From assembly GCA_026025075.1 (NCBI GenBank), contig JAPEUI010000025.1:62001-126000 (forward strand): a stretch of DNA of 64,000 nt, in the 5' to 3' direction. The notes beneath the pieces are model-generated. The model was not told where the DNA came from and made no database searches. It worked only from the letters and a program-made list of their open reading frames with translations. Below, one piece after another: positions 1-12,766 of the stretch. The stretch comes from Vezdaea acicularis (lineage: Eukaryota). Numbering within the stretch: position 1 is the stretch's first letter; each line of letters starts with the position of its first letter. Position numbers and translations under genes: made by a program.

Positions 1-2496
1 TGTAACGACCTGCATATAGTCAATTCTCTAGGCCAACATACTCGCTTGGTGTTCATGCCTTCTCTCGTAAATCTTTGAAGAGTCTCTGTTCCTCGGCTCG
101 GATTCGAAGCCTTGCTTGGTCTATTTCGTTACCTAGGCGGGTCCACTCTGGGAGATGAAACGAAAGTGTTGATTTGGTCGAGCTAACTGTCCTAGCCTCT
201 GGAAGAGAACCAAGTGCCGCCTTGGTGTCCTTGCCCTTCACGTGACATATGTGGCCTAGTCCTGGTGTCCACCTCAAGGTGAGTGTAGAAGCACCTTACA
301 CAGGGTTAGTCAGTCCCTCCCTTACCAGGAAACATAAGCTTAGCAGATTTACCTAGTTTTTCACGTATATTCTTGGCAAGTTCGGGCTTTTCGGATCTTA
401 ATTGGTCTAGATCTTTATGAAGCTTGCGTAAAACGTTGCTTGCCCTTTACAAGTCAGAGTACAAAGTCAAATATCAAGATAGGAACTCTCACGCCTTTTT
501 CATAACCCAAACATCTGTTGAGTCAAGATTGGAATTTTCGTTACTATCAAACTCCCCCAAACCCTTGACTCTTCCGCATCGGGATGTGAAAGACTCTGTT
601 TTCTGTTTCTCTGCTGTATTCGCTGTAGCTGTTCGTTGTGCGAGAGCTGCAATAGTCGAAGCATTGTAGTCCTCGATTTGATGGCGCTGGGCAAGAGCCT
701 CCTCATCTACAGAACTGATAATGTTGGCCGCAAGTGCACTCGTACCTTGCATTTCTAGACGGCTAGTAAGGTCACGAACACAGTTTGGCTGTATGTCTAG
801 CGTATCTGAATCATGCACGATAGCTGAATGACCTTTGAAACTTAACAGTGCTGAATTGATCAACTCGGTGGCTTCTATCGTCTTCGCTAGCGAGATGAGA
901 TCGTCCGCATCACCACGTCCAAGAGAGAACTTTTGAACTAGTCTCTGAGAGTCATAGGATCGGCAAAGATAATTGACGATTTCCTCCCTAAGCGACTCGT
1001 TGGTTAAAAGTAGCTCTACAAGATCTAGGCGACCATTGATTACAGAGAGCGAGGTTGATGGAGATGCTGAAGGTATCAAATTAGCTCAAATCGCCAGACC
1101 GAGACAGACGGGTCGGGTCAAAAGAAACGTCCCCAACAATACTCACAAAGCCAGTTGCTTAACAGCCTTGCCCCGCCTTTAGTGCTCGTCCGTCGAATAG
1201 AGTGAAGAAGGCTACCCCTTGAAAGGCCGTCTTTCATCGTAGTTTTTATCTCGAGAGACCTCATGCTGTTTTTATCAATGAACATATGTTCTGCTACCTG
1301 CTTTCTCACAGGAGGCTGCAGTTTGAGTGTCTGGCCTTGTAATCGAGACGTAACATAATCAAGTAAGTTTGTTCCGGCCCAAATTTCCTCTCTTGTAAAC
1401 TTAGTTTCGTCTGCAGCAGCTACTGGTCTCTCCAGCATTGGATTCCAAGCAGACAAAGAAGGCTCTAGGGCCGAAAAAGAGTGGTATGTAATCAATAGAT
1501 GTTCTTCTCGTAGCGAAGCTAGAACTCCGTGATCATGGGAATGCTTCAATGCTTCATCAACGATAACTTCGCGAGGTCCTATACTCGAGATAGCGGAGAG
1601 CAGCGAAGAAAGCAAAAGCTGCTGCGTAAAGAATTGTCCTGTTGATAAGTCCAACCAAGCAAGTCCAACTGGACTATCGAGACCCGGAGTTTTGCCCGCT
1701 ACCAAGCCAGGATTGCGATCCTCAAGACTACCGCCTAACACGCCAACCGGTTCTGACTCTGGCAAGAGAACGGAAAGAAGGAAATTATTATCTTGAGGTT
1801 CCATGAACTGTTCGTCTATTAATGTTCCAGGGCTGACAATCCTCGTGACTCGCCGGTCAAAGAGGAGGCCACCTGATTTGACTTTCTCCGAGGTGTCATT
1901 TGCAAACTCCTCGCTCAACGCCACGTACTTATTAAGATCATGGACCAATGTCTTCAGGTATCGATCTAGCTGGTAAAACGGAAATCCTGCCTGAAGTGAC
2001 TCTAGTTAGAGATATTGTGGGGTTGTAAGTGGATACCCACCATAGCCACCGGACCCACGGCACTAGTCTTCTTTTGCGCTACTTTTAAGTTCAAAAGCGG
2101 TCCGTACTCTTCGGCGTGTTCGAAGTATAGCTATCATCGGATCAACGGTGGACCTTGTCTTAGCTTAGCTGGAGGGGGGCGCACCTCATAAAACCCCCCT
2201 ACTCGGGTAAGGAGCACACAGTTGCCAAACCGTCTCATGTTAGACCTGGCCTGCCTTAAGACTGTTGGATAGGTCACGTCATCTCCATCTCTGTCAACCG
2301 ACTCCATGGTCAGAGGGCCCTGGGGAAGCTCGTGTAGCCGTACTTGGCACTTTGTCTTCAAAGGTCGATACCATTGTTTCAACGAAGGAGGGCGACGCTG
2401 TGACTTAAGTACTTGAGGTAGGCGTGCAATAGCTACAAGAATGATTCCTGACTGTGTTTGGAAACTTAGGGCCCGATTTATGACATTTCTGCTCAT
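1..2496 (-). CDS. MSH1: Mitochondrial MutS-family mismatch repair protein, multi-exon; 3' end runs off the window start
   Basis: Spliced exons 2496-2185, 2130-2041, 1990-1147 and onward give LLTRVGGFYE|LYFEHAEEYGPLLNLKVA...AM|AGFPFYQLDRYLKTLV and RRVTRIVSPGTLIDE (MutS domains I-III). The N-terminus is basic and presequence-like. Confidence 0.93.
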
Positions 2497-2993
2497 TTCT
2501 GGTACAGCAAGCTCGGTGTTACAGTAAAAGTAGAACTTCGGGTCTCGCGGCCAAACTCAAAATTTTAACCGAGACTAACTTAGCGCTTGTATCACATTTA
2601 ACCACATGTAGTATACTCAACGGCATAAACTTTAAGAGAAGAATGCTATTATTTCTAAACAGCTATATAAAGCAATGCAGGAAGATTCGATCTATGCAAT
2701 TGATTTTAAACCCGGAAACACAAATGTCAGCCCATTGCTCAATGCCCCAGAGACGATCAACATGAGGTCAAGATTGGGCTGCGAGAACCATGACCCACTT
2801 GTCAAAAACCTGTGAGCCGAGTCGGCAATCTCCTGCTGCTGCACGAGCTATTGTGTGATCAGATGGCTTCTTGAGACGAATAGAAAAAATCATCAAGCCC
2901 TCAATTGCCGTGTTCATCCTGTTACGCCCTGCCCTTCTAGTGGTGGAGAATAATGGAAGCATCAATCATTAGGCAGTGTCGAAGCTTGATCCT

Positions 2994-4402
2994 CTATTGA
3001 GACGCACATTGCACCCTTTCTCCCCCTGAGTGACCTTCGTCATCATCTTCGTCCATTGCCATGCCGTTGCCTTGCGCTCTCGATTGTTGGCCAGCGTCAA
3101 TATCTTCAAGTGCTTGGACTTCAACAAGAGCATCGTCGGGAATCGGCTGAGCAGTAGTACGAGGAGGAAGGATGCTCTCCAATATAGCATAGTCGCCTTG
3201 GTTGGTAGCAAAGTGTGGCTCTGGGAATTTGACGTCGAAGTGAATGTAGAGATTTCCAAAATCGTGGTGACGGAAAGACGGCATACCCTGCCCTCGGATC
3301 ATTTTGACCGATCCTGTGACATGATTAGTATAGCTTCATGATTTCTCGAATCTTAAAGGACGTACCCGGCTTGATCACCTCCCCAGGAATGATTTCAATG
3401 CTCAACCATCGGTCATCGAGGTGTTCAACATTAACCGTGCCACCAGCAAGAGCGGTCACTAGATCGATTTCCGCGCGATAGAAGAGATCATCGTCCTTGC
3501 GTTGAAATCGAGGGTGCGGCTTTTGTTCGATCTCGAACTGCACATCTCCAGGGAGGACTCCAGGCATCTGATCACCCTCACCTCTGAACTCGATCTTGTG
3601 GCCGTTCTTGACTCCCTTGTCCACATGAACGTGAAGCACCTTACGCTCAACAATTGTCTTCTTACCACCGCAGCCCTTGCACCTATCCTTGTCCCGAATG
3701 ATTTCCCCTTCTCCACCGCAGTCGGGACAAACAGTTTGGAATCGTTGGATCATAGGTCCCATCTGCCTCATCATCGTCTTCATACCCCTCCCATCACACC
3801 CCATGCACTTCTTCACAGCGCCTTCTTTCCCTCCTCGACCGTCACATTTAGGGCAAATGACCGATTTCTGAAGTGCCAATTTTGAGACTTTTCCTTTGTA
3901 TATGTCCTCCAGGGCGACTTTGTGCGTATGATGAATTGTTCTCGCTTTCTTCGGTCCAGTTTCGCGCATGCCACCTCCAAACATTCCACCAAAGGCTGAA
4001 CCTCCACCAAAGAATTGAGAAAAGAGGTCCTCAGCTGACATGCCTCCTCCTGCGCCACCTTGCTCTAGCCCCTCCTCACCATACTGATCATATAATTGTC
4101 GTTTTTGAGAGTCGGATAGGATCTCATATGCGTGGGAGATCTCTTTGAATTTCTCCGCTGCATCTGGATTATGTGCATTCTTGTCTGAAGTAGCACAAGG
4201 CATTAATAAGATACGCACCTCCTGCACGACATTGTGTTGGCTTACCTGGATGGTGCTTAAGCGCTCCTTTCTTATACGCCGTTTTAAGCTCTGCCTCGGT
4301 GGCGGTTGGGGAAACCTTGTGAAGATAAGTCAAATGAAGCTCTCCGAAAGAAGATCAAACACGTACCCCAAGTGTATCATATAACTTCGTTTCTCTAACC
4401 AT
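2994..4402 (-). CDS. YDJ1: Type I Hsp40/DnaJ co-chaperone (Ydj1/Mas5), 4 exons
   Basis: Starts [12 protein letters not shown] at 4402. Has a J-domain with HPD split by an intron, a G/F-rich linker, four CxxCxGxG repeats and a C-terminal CaaX box CASQ*. Confidence 0.97.
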
Positions 4403-4478
4403 CTTGAGCGCTCGGTATGGTGTGGATGTCTAGAAGTTTGAGACAAGGCAGAGGTTGCGAGAGTTCGCGTTGCCTTGG

Positions 4479-4510
4479 TATATAACGAGGGCCTGCGAAG
4501 ATTCTCGAAG
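4479..4510 (-). promoter_or_regulatory. TATA element plus perfect three-unit heat shock element upstream of YDJ1
   Basis: TATATA at 4479-4484. cGAAg aTTCt cGAAg at 4496-4510 is the canonical nGAAn inverted triplet, about 95 bp upstream of the ATG of a known Hsf1 target class. Confidence 0.75.
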
Positions 4511-5349
4511 CGGGCACCTAAGGCGGAACTCTATCACGAGAAACACAGGGGCAAATTCAAACTGAGAGGCGAATGTTAAGCTGGCAAAAAATCGAAGCTT
4601 CCGATAATATCTTGGATGGAGGTCAGCGTATTGATTGCCGATAAAAGCGAGGCTGAAATTTCGTTCTCAACTGACTTTGAAGCGAGTCTATAAGGGTTCC
4701 ACAATCAACACGTAAAGTACTAGGTGTTGAAAGCTCAAGCGTCGGTGAAGAAAGAATTAGATCGTATTCGGAGGAAATGCCAGTCTCGTTCTCGAGCTGC
4801 AACAAATCCCAGTGATGGCTAGGTACAAACAAAGATGATGCCTTGTGAAAGTTTACCTTCTGAAGATGTCCCGTCTACGATCAGGCTGTGGCTTTTTCTT
4901 GCGCAATGCGACGGCTGTAATTGGAGGCGAGGGTCAAGAATAAATTTCGAGGTCGAGCTCCATCAGTGGGCCGACTGCCGCTTAGTCGGATTATTTTAGA
5001 CGCCCTGGAGAACGTGATGGAACCTCATAGATGTTGGGATCCCTTAAGCCCACGTCCTCGAGCGCGCAACAAAGACTTATGGGGATAAGTAGTATCGAGT
5101 CTCTAGGACAGCGAATGTCGTTATTTTTGTGGTATTGGTCTAGAATTTTAATTCCAAGCGGAAAGCTGTGTATTAAAATTCACTGTTGAAAAAGTCATCG
5201 CAATCGGCGTTTAGAGCTTCACATGATGTTTACGCCTCGCTTATGATCGACGACACTACTTTGCGGAGCTATCTAGAATGATCATTGTCAATCACGTCAG
5301 TAAGATTCCTAGATTTGGCCTTTGTAAATTTCGAACAAATATATAGACT

Positions 5350-6032
5350 ATGGAGCACGACGCTGGGTTCATCGCTGCGCTTGAAGAAGCTAGACTCAGT
5401 GTGAAGGAAGGGGGCATCCCTGTACCTCACTTTTATCGGGCTGAATTTCCGAGCAGCGGCTGATGCCTTGTAGATTGGAGCAGCCCTTGTTTCCAAAGAA
5501 GGAAAGATACTTGGGCAAGGTCACAATATGCGCGTACAGAGGGGTAGCCCAACATTACATGTATGTCCGCCACTCGTCGATAGAGTTGTGCTTTATTCCG
5601 CCGATTCAATGACGCCATGATAAGTAATACATTCAATACCTGCGCAGGCGGAAACATCAGCGCTTGAGAACTCTGGCCGTCTCCCTGCGTCGGCGTATGT
5701 TGGCAGCACTATGTACACTACCCTCTCACCCTGCGACATGTGTACAGGGGCCTGTCTCCTCTATGGTATCAAAAGAGTTGTGATGGGCGAGAATGAGAGC
5801 TTCCGTGGTGAGGGCGAAGCTTACCTCAAGCAAAGAAAAGTTGAACTTATCAACTTGAATAATCGAGAATGCAGGGAGCTTATGCAAGCATTCATAAAAG
5901 AAAAGCCAGACATCTGGTAAGTTAGTCCCCCGCTTTGACACGACCCCACGAATTAAAGCAATTCTTTTCGAAATTTAAGGAAGACTGAACCGTGGGATGT
6001 ACGACAATAGGAACGAAGACATCGGGGAATGA
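5350..6032 (+). CDS. FCY1: Cytosine deaminase, 4 exons
   Basis: MEHDAGFIAALEEA...EGGIP|IGAALV...GHNMRVQRGSPTLH|AETSALE...TTLSPCDMC...W|NEDIGE*. HAE and PCxxC are the zinc motifs. Confidence 0.95.
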
Positions 6033-6203
6033 CACCCTCTTGCAAAATTGATCCTTGTATGCTGATTATGGAATTCATGGATGATATTTCCTATCTACAA
6101 ATGTCAATAAATTTCTCCAGTCGTCGTTTGTGCTATGTATGCCAAATATGTATGCAGAACCAGAGAGTGCCAAGCAAGAAGGTATATGCGCCTCACCGAG
6201 CTG

Positions 6204-7510
6204 TTAAATTCCTCCTACCCTGTGAATTTCCTCGAAGAAAAATTTAAGATCGTCTGGATCGACTTTAGGAGTTATTCCTACAATCCTGTCAGTTATTAAT
6301 CAATACCTATTCTAGGCTAGATTCACCATGACCGAGATTTGCAATCCAGCCCTGCTTCCCTCCCCCAAAGCCTTTGACCATAGCCTCAACAACTTCTGTA
6401 ATAGCTTCTTTGCCTCCGTAAAGAACACCTGGGTCAGCATTGCCTTGCAAGACTACACGGTTCCGAGCAATCCTGAAAGCTTCCTTGGGATCCTGCAACC
6501 AGTCTAATCCAACAACATCATAACCAGAATCGCATAAAGCGTCGAGAGCATACCAAGCGCCCTTTGCGAATACTGTCATTGGGACGCGTGCGTGGTTCAG
6601 TTCCCTAAGACGCTCCGGAAGATGTGTTGAGATATACCGAAGGTACGGAAGACAAAATATGTCAAATGAAGTAGGGGATAGCTCTGATGCCCATGAATCA
6701 AATACTTGTACCAGCTTTGATCTATATCAGCGAGTTTCAAGTGGAATATAGACTTCCAAGTACCTGTGCGCCCGCGACCACCTGCTGAGCGAGATACTCC
6801 ACACATAGTTCTGCAATCTTCTGCAGCAACTTTTGACTTGCATCAGGGTACTTGAAAACCCAAGTCTTCACCTGTATGAAGAGTTTACTTCCACCTCCTT
6901 CAACCATATAGCACAATAAAGTCCACGGCGCCCCACAGAATCCAATCAAAGGCACCCGACCACGGAGCCTCTGGCGTGTCAGGGTGATGGCTTTATAAAC
7001 ATAATCGAGGCTCTCCTTGATGTCGACCTTTTTAGTCAAGAGACGTATATATTGCGGATCATCTGGCGACTTCAATGGCTCAGGGAAGTGAGGCCCTTTT
7101 CCGTCCAGCATCTCCACAGTCATTCCCATGGCTTGAGGAATGACTAGAATGTCAGAAAAGATAATTGCAGCATCAATAAGTCCAGCATAGCGGTCGATTG
7201 GTTGTAGTGTCAACGTGGATGCGATATCAGGTGACCGGCAGCACTCGAAGAAGTCTCTATCTCCCTTTGCCTCGTGGTATTCGGGGAGATATCGGCCGGC
7301 TGAATAAATTAGTTCATGATCGTTATTCATTATACGTGTAGGAAAGCTGGTACCTACCTTGTCGCATTACCCAAACAGGTGGCCGGGGCACCTTTTGGCC
7401 TGCAAACACCTCTTTAGTAATGAAAATCATGTACGACTGTAGAGAGAATCCAAACCAGTCGCCACCCGAAGCAGAAGATCATTTTGAAGGGGCTCAAATT
7501 GTGAACTCAT
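6204..7510 (-). CDS. HEM12: Uroporphyrinogen decarboxylase, multi-exon
   Basis: [17 protein letters not shown]..., [35 protein letters not shown] and IANLGHG|ITP...[12 protein letters not shown]. Confidence 0.96.
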
Positions 7511-7925
7511 TCTGGACTTCGTATGATTCACCAAGGCATCGACGTTGGTATTGTAGCTCTCTGCTCCCTCAAGCGATTCTGTAGAACCTGAAACCAAGCA
7601 GCTTGCTTAGTAAAGTCATTTCATCAATTGACAAGATTCACATCTCACATCTCGTCGAACTAAAAATACTATATCAAGTTCACGGACTAGCCTGTAAAGT
7701 TAAAGTCCTAATGTCTCATGGATGTAAGGATTTGTTTGCCATAGGCCAATATGGTTCTCGGGGTGACAATGCTTTACTATAAAGTTCGATGCTTTACTTT
7801 CATGCTTGTCCCTAGCGGCCACGCCGCTGGTGGGAAGCTTGGTGACTACTGAAGCTACCCTAACCATCTGGATAAATTCAAATGCTATTTCACAGGGTGG
7901 CAAAGAACGCATGCTCCAACGCCAA

Positions 7926-8615
7926 TTAATCTCTACCTGCTCCAAAGTTTACCTTGTTGCGTTTACTACTCTTCCCTTCTTCATCATCAACATCCTCTCC
8001 TTTCTTTTTATTGCGCTTCACTCCCTTGTTGCCTACGGTCGCAGTCGATACTACCGTGGGCTGTGATGAGCTCTCACGGTTGTTAAAAGAAGTAGCAGTG
8101 GGTGTGGGTGCATGGGAAGGGGTTGTGTGAGCAGATGATGGCGCAGTGGGTACTGGAGAATCCTAGGCCCCTTGTTGTGAGTATACAGAGTTGCATAGGA
8201 TAAATACACAGATTCATACGTTGAAATAAGACGCACTACTCCTAGAGAAGACCCTATCAGCCTCGGTTACACCTGTTCTCTTCCTCCCAGCACCTCCTGC
8301 GGCGCTACCTGTGGCACTTGAAGAACCCTTGATATAGTTATCAAACCCTTTGATGATATTGCCTGCTGATGTCTCCTCGAGGTACGAGCTTTCGAGTTTG
8401 TAGAGGTTATCTTCGAGATTGGACTGCGTGGAGCTGTTAGCTAGTTTGGTGAGCTTCGTGTACAATGAGTAACAGACTAGGTTTTTGTCAAGTATACGTT
8501 TCTTATTGATAGTTTCTCGGAGCTCTGAACGCAGTCGATTGTAGTAGGGCATACCACGACTTGCATCTGCGTTTGGATTGGCCGCAGTCCCCGTAGGAGG
8601 GATGTTCTCGGCCAT
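7926..8615 (-). CDS. EAF6: NuA4/NuA3 histone acetyltransferase subunit Eaf6, 3 exons
   Basis: LEDNLYKLESSYLEETSAGNIIKGFDNYIK...DRVFSRSS signature. The last exon is DSPVP...KRNKVNFGAGRD*. Confidence 0.9.
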
Positions 8616-8881
8616 CGGTTATGACTGTTGGAATTGAAGCTTTGCAGATCTGTTGGCCGCCGACCTTCTATGACCTCAAGAACGGTGGCCAGATTGTAAT
8701 AAATGTTATTGAATGATAGTTTGCCGCCTCATGTTGAAATCTGAGCTGTGCCCCTGGCGTTAAAGGGTTTATATACGGGCACTTGCAAAATCAGTGGTGA
8801 TCACGTGTGTTTTTGTACGACACGCCCTGATTATTAGTTGCTGACAGGACGGCATCTAATCTACATCAATCGTTTTCTATT

Positions 8882-10735
8882 CTAATAAAGCTCTCGGCAC
8901 TTCAGCTCCGCCTTTCGGTTTCTTATGGTTTTCTCCTTTAATATGGCAGCTCTAAGTTCGTCAGCCGTTCTAGAGCTTGACACAGCCTGCTCGAAACTCC
9001 AATCAGCAATTGCGAAGGCTCCTTAAAACTACGTGATCAGTGGCATTAGGCATCACCTCATCCTCAGCTATGGTTATCGGGACCCACCTCTTCAGTACCT
9101 TTGATTGCACTCTTGATCGGGCTCCTACCATCTGTGCCTTGACCCGGGCTCCTATACGTCCCAGAAACAGAAGAGTCAGCTTGAATGCGTCGATCTCCAT
9201 CTACAGAGGAGACAGAAGAGGTATTTCGCCGCTTTCTTGGTGTATCAGACCCTATTCTCGACCTACGCCTCTTTCGAACCCTGTTAGGGCTCCTACTGCT
9301 GCTTCCACTTGCATCCCTATGTCGCCGGCGGGTAATGCCTCGACTGCGGCTACGGCTGCGGCTACGGCTGCGACTTGGAGACGGGCTGAGGCCTCGATCT
9401 CTGGCATTGTAGTCTTGGTCCTTTCGAACATTAGCGCGTGTACTATCCAGCTCGTTGTTTTTCCCATAGGGAGATGAAGTTCTCATTCTGGCAGACATAT
9501 CTATGCGTTTACGCCTAGGCCTCGGACTGAGAGATCTAGATCTTGACCGAGAAATAGAGGTTCGCGTTCTTGGATGGTAGTTCCTTGAAGGAAGCGCAGA
9601 ATCACGCGAGGAAGCAGGGGAGCGAGTATTTCGTGATCGATATCTTCTAGGAGAACGTGAGCGAGAGGCTTCAGATGATGTATAAGATTTGCGGCGACGA
9701 TCACCACGGCCACTACGATCCCGGCTTCTTCTTCTTCCCGCCCACAGGTCACGGCTCGGCTCATAACGGGCTCGAGATCTTGATCTCAACCTCTCGGGAC
9801 TTCGGTATCTTCTTGATACTCTTACTTCATCGTCATCTCTTCGTTGTCGTTGGCGTTGAGGAGACTGCGGACGCACCGGTGACACAGACCTTGACAAAGA
9901 TCCTGTAGCGGACCGTCGACGGTCACCGCGAGTTCTAGAAGGGATATAAGTATCTCTTCTCCCTCTTGGTGCTTGCTGGTAATCTTCTCTCCGGGGAGAA
10001 AAGCGTCTTCTGGGTTGTGGAGAGCGGGAACTGCGCGGAATACCACGACGTTCGACATCGCGGAGGTTTCTTCCTCCTCTATTCCCTCGGCGCATGTCAC
10101 CTCTCCCGCGGCGGTCTCCTCCTTCTCGGTCGCGAATGAACTCAGTATCTCGTTCCCTTGTTTGGACATCCCGCTTTCTGCGGCGTACATCTTCCGCTGC
10201 CTTTTCCGCATCGATCTGCTTGCGTAGGGTTAGCTGAGTACCTTAACTTCTTTTAGCGCTGAGTGACCTTTTCCTGCATGAGCTCTAGTTTCTTCGCCTC
10301 TAGCAACTCTTTTGGCACGCCTTGTGGATTGGACTGTGCGCTTAGGCACAAGGTCCATAGCTCAAGACAGAACTTGGGGGTATCCTTCTCGAGAAAACCA
10401 GTCAATTGAATCTGGAGCTTTTTAATTTCTGGCTAGTAAATGTCAGGAACATGTAGAGTAAATAAGGGTTTGGGGAGCCCATACAAAACGTGAACCTTCC
10501 AGCAAATTAAAGCAGAGCTCAATAACAACGTCATCCTCATTTCCAAGGATCTCTGATATTTTTCCTGCGATCCATCTGGAGGACGAGCGTGTTAGCAAGC
10601 TTCTTGTAAGTAAGTTATGGCGAATCTAAACCTTTTCATGACTTCCAGGTTCACCTTCTTCATGTCAACTCTTTGGTTGAAAATGATAGGAAACTTGGTC
10701 TGCCTAAGCAGCTTCTCATCAACGCTGCTAGCCAT
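8882..10735 (-). CDS. PWI-domain serine/arginine-rich splicing factor (SRRM1/SRm160-like)
   Basis: N-terminal exons read MASSVDEKLLRQTKFP...RVDMKKVNLEVMKR|WIAGKISEILGNEDDVVIELCFNLLE (PWI domain), followed by a long RS domain. The 3' end is 9064 if unspliced or 8882 via intron 9086-8987. Confidence 0.9.
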
Positions 10736-11309
10736 TCTAAATGCAATGAACGGTTCACTCCCTGTCGATCAAGAGGTCGCGTTGACGAGATTCTGACGGT
10801 TGCAGAAGTTATACGACGGGCCGCTTAGGAACACAAGTTTTGGCATGATAAGGAACGCTCCACTTTCGCGCAATAAACGCCTCCGTCTGTTTGGAACAAA
10901 TCAAAGGCAGAATTTATTTCTTAATATCTTCATTCCTACAATACGAAGTGCGACAGGATCATTAATGTTTTGGGCTGACTAGATTAGATTACTTTTAGTG
11001 AATATCAACCGCTTAACGTATCTAAGATGAAATCCTGTTCCTCTCACGTCCTAATACAAGTTAAGATATGAGTAATTATTTGCTGGTCATGCCAAAACTT
11101 AGATTTCTGATGATTTCTCATCGTATGCTCTAAAATTTATATACTCAGAGTACCTCTCAAGGGTTTAGGGTGAGCAAAACATAAGACCCTAGCTCACTAG
11201 TAGTTGGGAGCATGTGAATTTTTTTATGCTTGCTCAATGATTATCTCCAATGAACCTTGTAGTCATGGGTCGAGCATCAGCGATTCGTGAAAACACCGAA
11301 AAGGAAGAG

Positions 11310-11640
11310 TCAGACTCGTCCCTTTTGGCCGAGCTTCATCATGATTTCAGTTACGGCGCTCCTTGCTTGGTTCAGGTCAGGATCCCTCCCTTCCGAAAAC
11401 CTCGTTTTCACAGTTTTGTGAAGCGCTATTAAGTCGTGTGCCCGAGCTATGTCCTTGTCATGGGCTTTGTTTTTGTGGTTTGCTGGAGAGAGTGGCCCAT
11501 GACTCCCACCCATGGAAAGGAGTTGTGATGCGCCGACAAGAGCTAGAGCTTCATCAGGGTCCTGACATACGTCAACATATGTCAGAGCACTATGTATGGA
11601 AACGTACGCAAACTCTCAGAGAGGCCAGATCCGACAGCAT
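11310..11640 (-). CDS. Small hypothetical protein (about 95 aa), 2 exons
   Basis: ATG at 11640 gives MLSDLASLRVC, then a gtacgt...tcag intron in phase 0, then DPDEALALVGASQLLSMGG...DKDIARAHDLIALHKTVK...LNQARSAVTEIM. Splice sites are clean and in frame. Confidence 0.7.
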
Positions 11641-11813
11641 TTCTGCAACCTGCATAGTGAGTAGTGATGCAATTGTGCCTGAGAAGAGCGAGTTCGGTTC
11701 AGAATTTATCCTGATAGTTTGGTGACCACGCACGCGCTATTAAATGTGTGGAGGCTTAAAATATTCATCCGCAATTGCTGCAAAGCTGACAAATCTAATC
11801 AACCTGCTCGAGA

Positions 11814-12646
11814 ATGACGGCCAGAAATTTAAGCAGTTTTCATAAATATTCAAGAACGGTGGCTTGCATCGGACGAAACTACGTGTAGAGTAATCTAAGC
11901 TGAAAGTTTCACTACATGGCAGATTTAATCAGTGTCACAGCGACCATGCGAAGGAACTGTCAAACGCTGTTCCAACGAAGCCATTTTTCTTTTTGAAGCC
12001 ACCCTCCTCTATCCTTGAGCCATCACAGGGACCTGTGCTGCGTCCACATGGCGTCGAACTGCACTATGAGGTAGAGCTGGCGGTTATTATTGGTCACAAG
12101 CTGCAGGATCTTGGAGAACATGATGAGGAGGATGCAATGGCTGCAATCGGCGGATACGCGCTTGCAATCGATATGACTGCCCGGAACTTGCAAGATATTG
12201 CGAAAAAGAAGGGCTTACCGTGGACAGAGGCGAAGGGGTTCGATACATTCTTGCCCATGAGGTAATGATGCTCTCCCCTTATAGCTTAGCACTGTTCCAC
12301 CGTACTGATGGAACGCAGCAACTTCATCGAGAAAGATCTGATCCCGGATCCACATAATGTCCGCCTTTATCTGAGTACAAACGGTCAAGAACGGCAATCG
12401 GACAGTACAAACCTGATGATTTTCCGTATTCCTCGAATTATCAGTGAAATCTCAAGAGTCATGACTCTCGACCATGGGGATATCATTCTTACAGGAACTC
12501 CCAAGGGTGTAGGGGAGGTCAAGACAGGGGACTTACTGACGGCTGGAATCGAGGTTAATGGGAAGGAGTTGACCGAGGGCAAAATTGAAGTCGAAATCGC
12601 AGATCGTGCGTCAAAAAGGGGCTCCACTTTGAATACTGGCAAATGA
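11814..12646 (+). CDS. FMP41: Fumarylacetoacetate-hydrolase family protein (FAHD1/Fmp41-like acylpyruvase or oxaloacetate tautomerase), 3 exons
   Basis: ACIGRNYVDHAKEL, PFFFLKPPSS, LHYEVELAV, IDMTARNLQ, GLPWTEAKGFDTF and GDIILTGTPKGVG. Confidence 0.88.
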
Positions 12647-12766
12647 GTCATTTGGGCTCAAGTTTAGGTAATTCAAGGCTGCGGGACATCCGACCATATC
12701 GCGAAGTGTCTAAAAACTCATCTGCGTACGAAGTGCCTAAAGATTTCAACGGTATCCTAGGCACCA

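Noticed and set aside
11161..11171. GGGTTTAGGGT telomere-like sequence
   Set aside because: Fewer than two units and internal to a gene-dense region.
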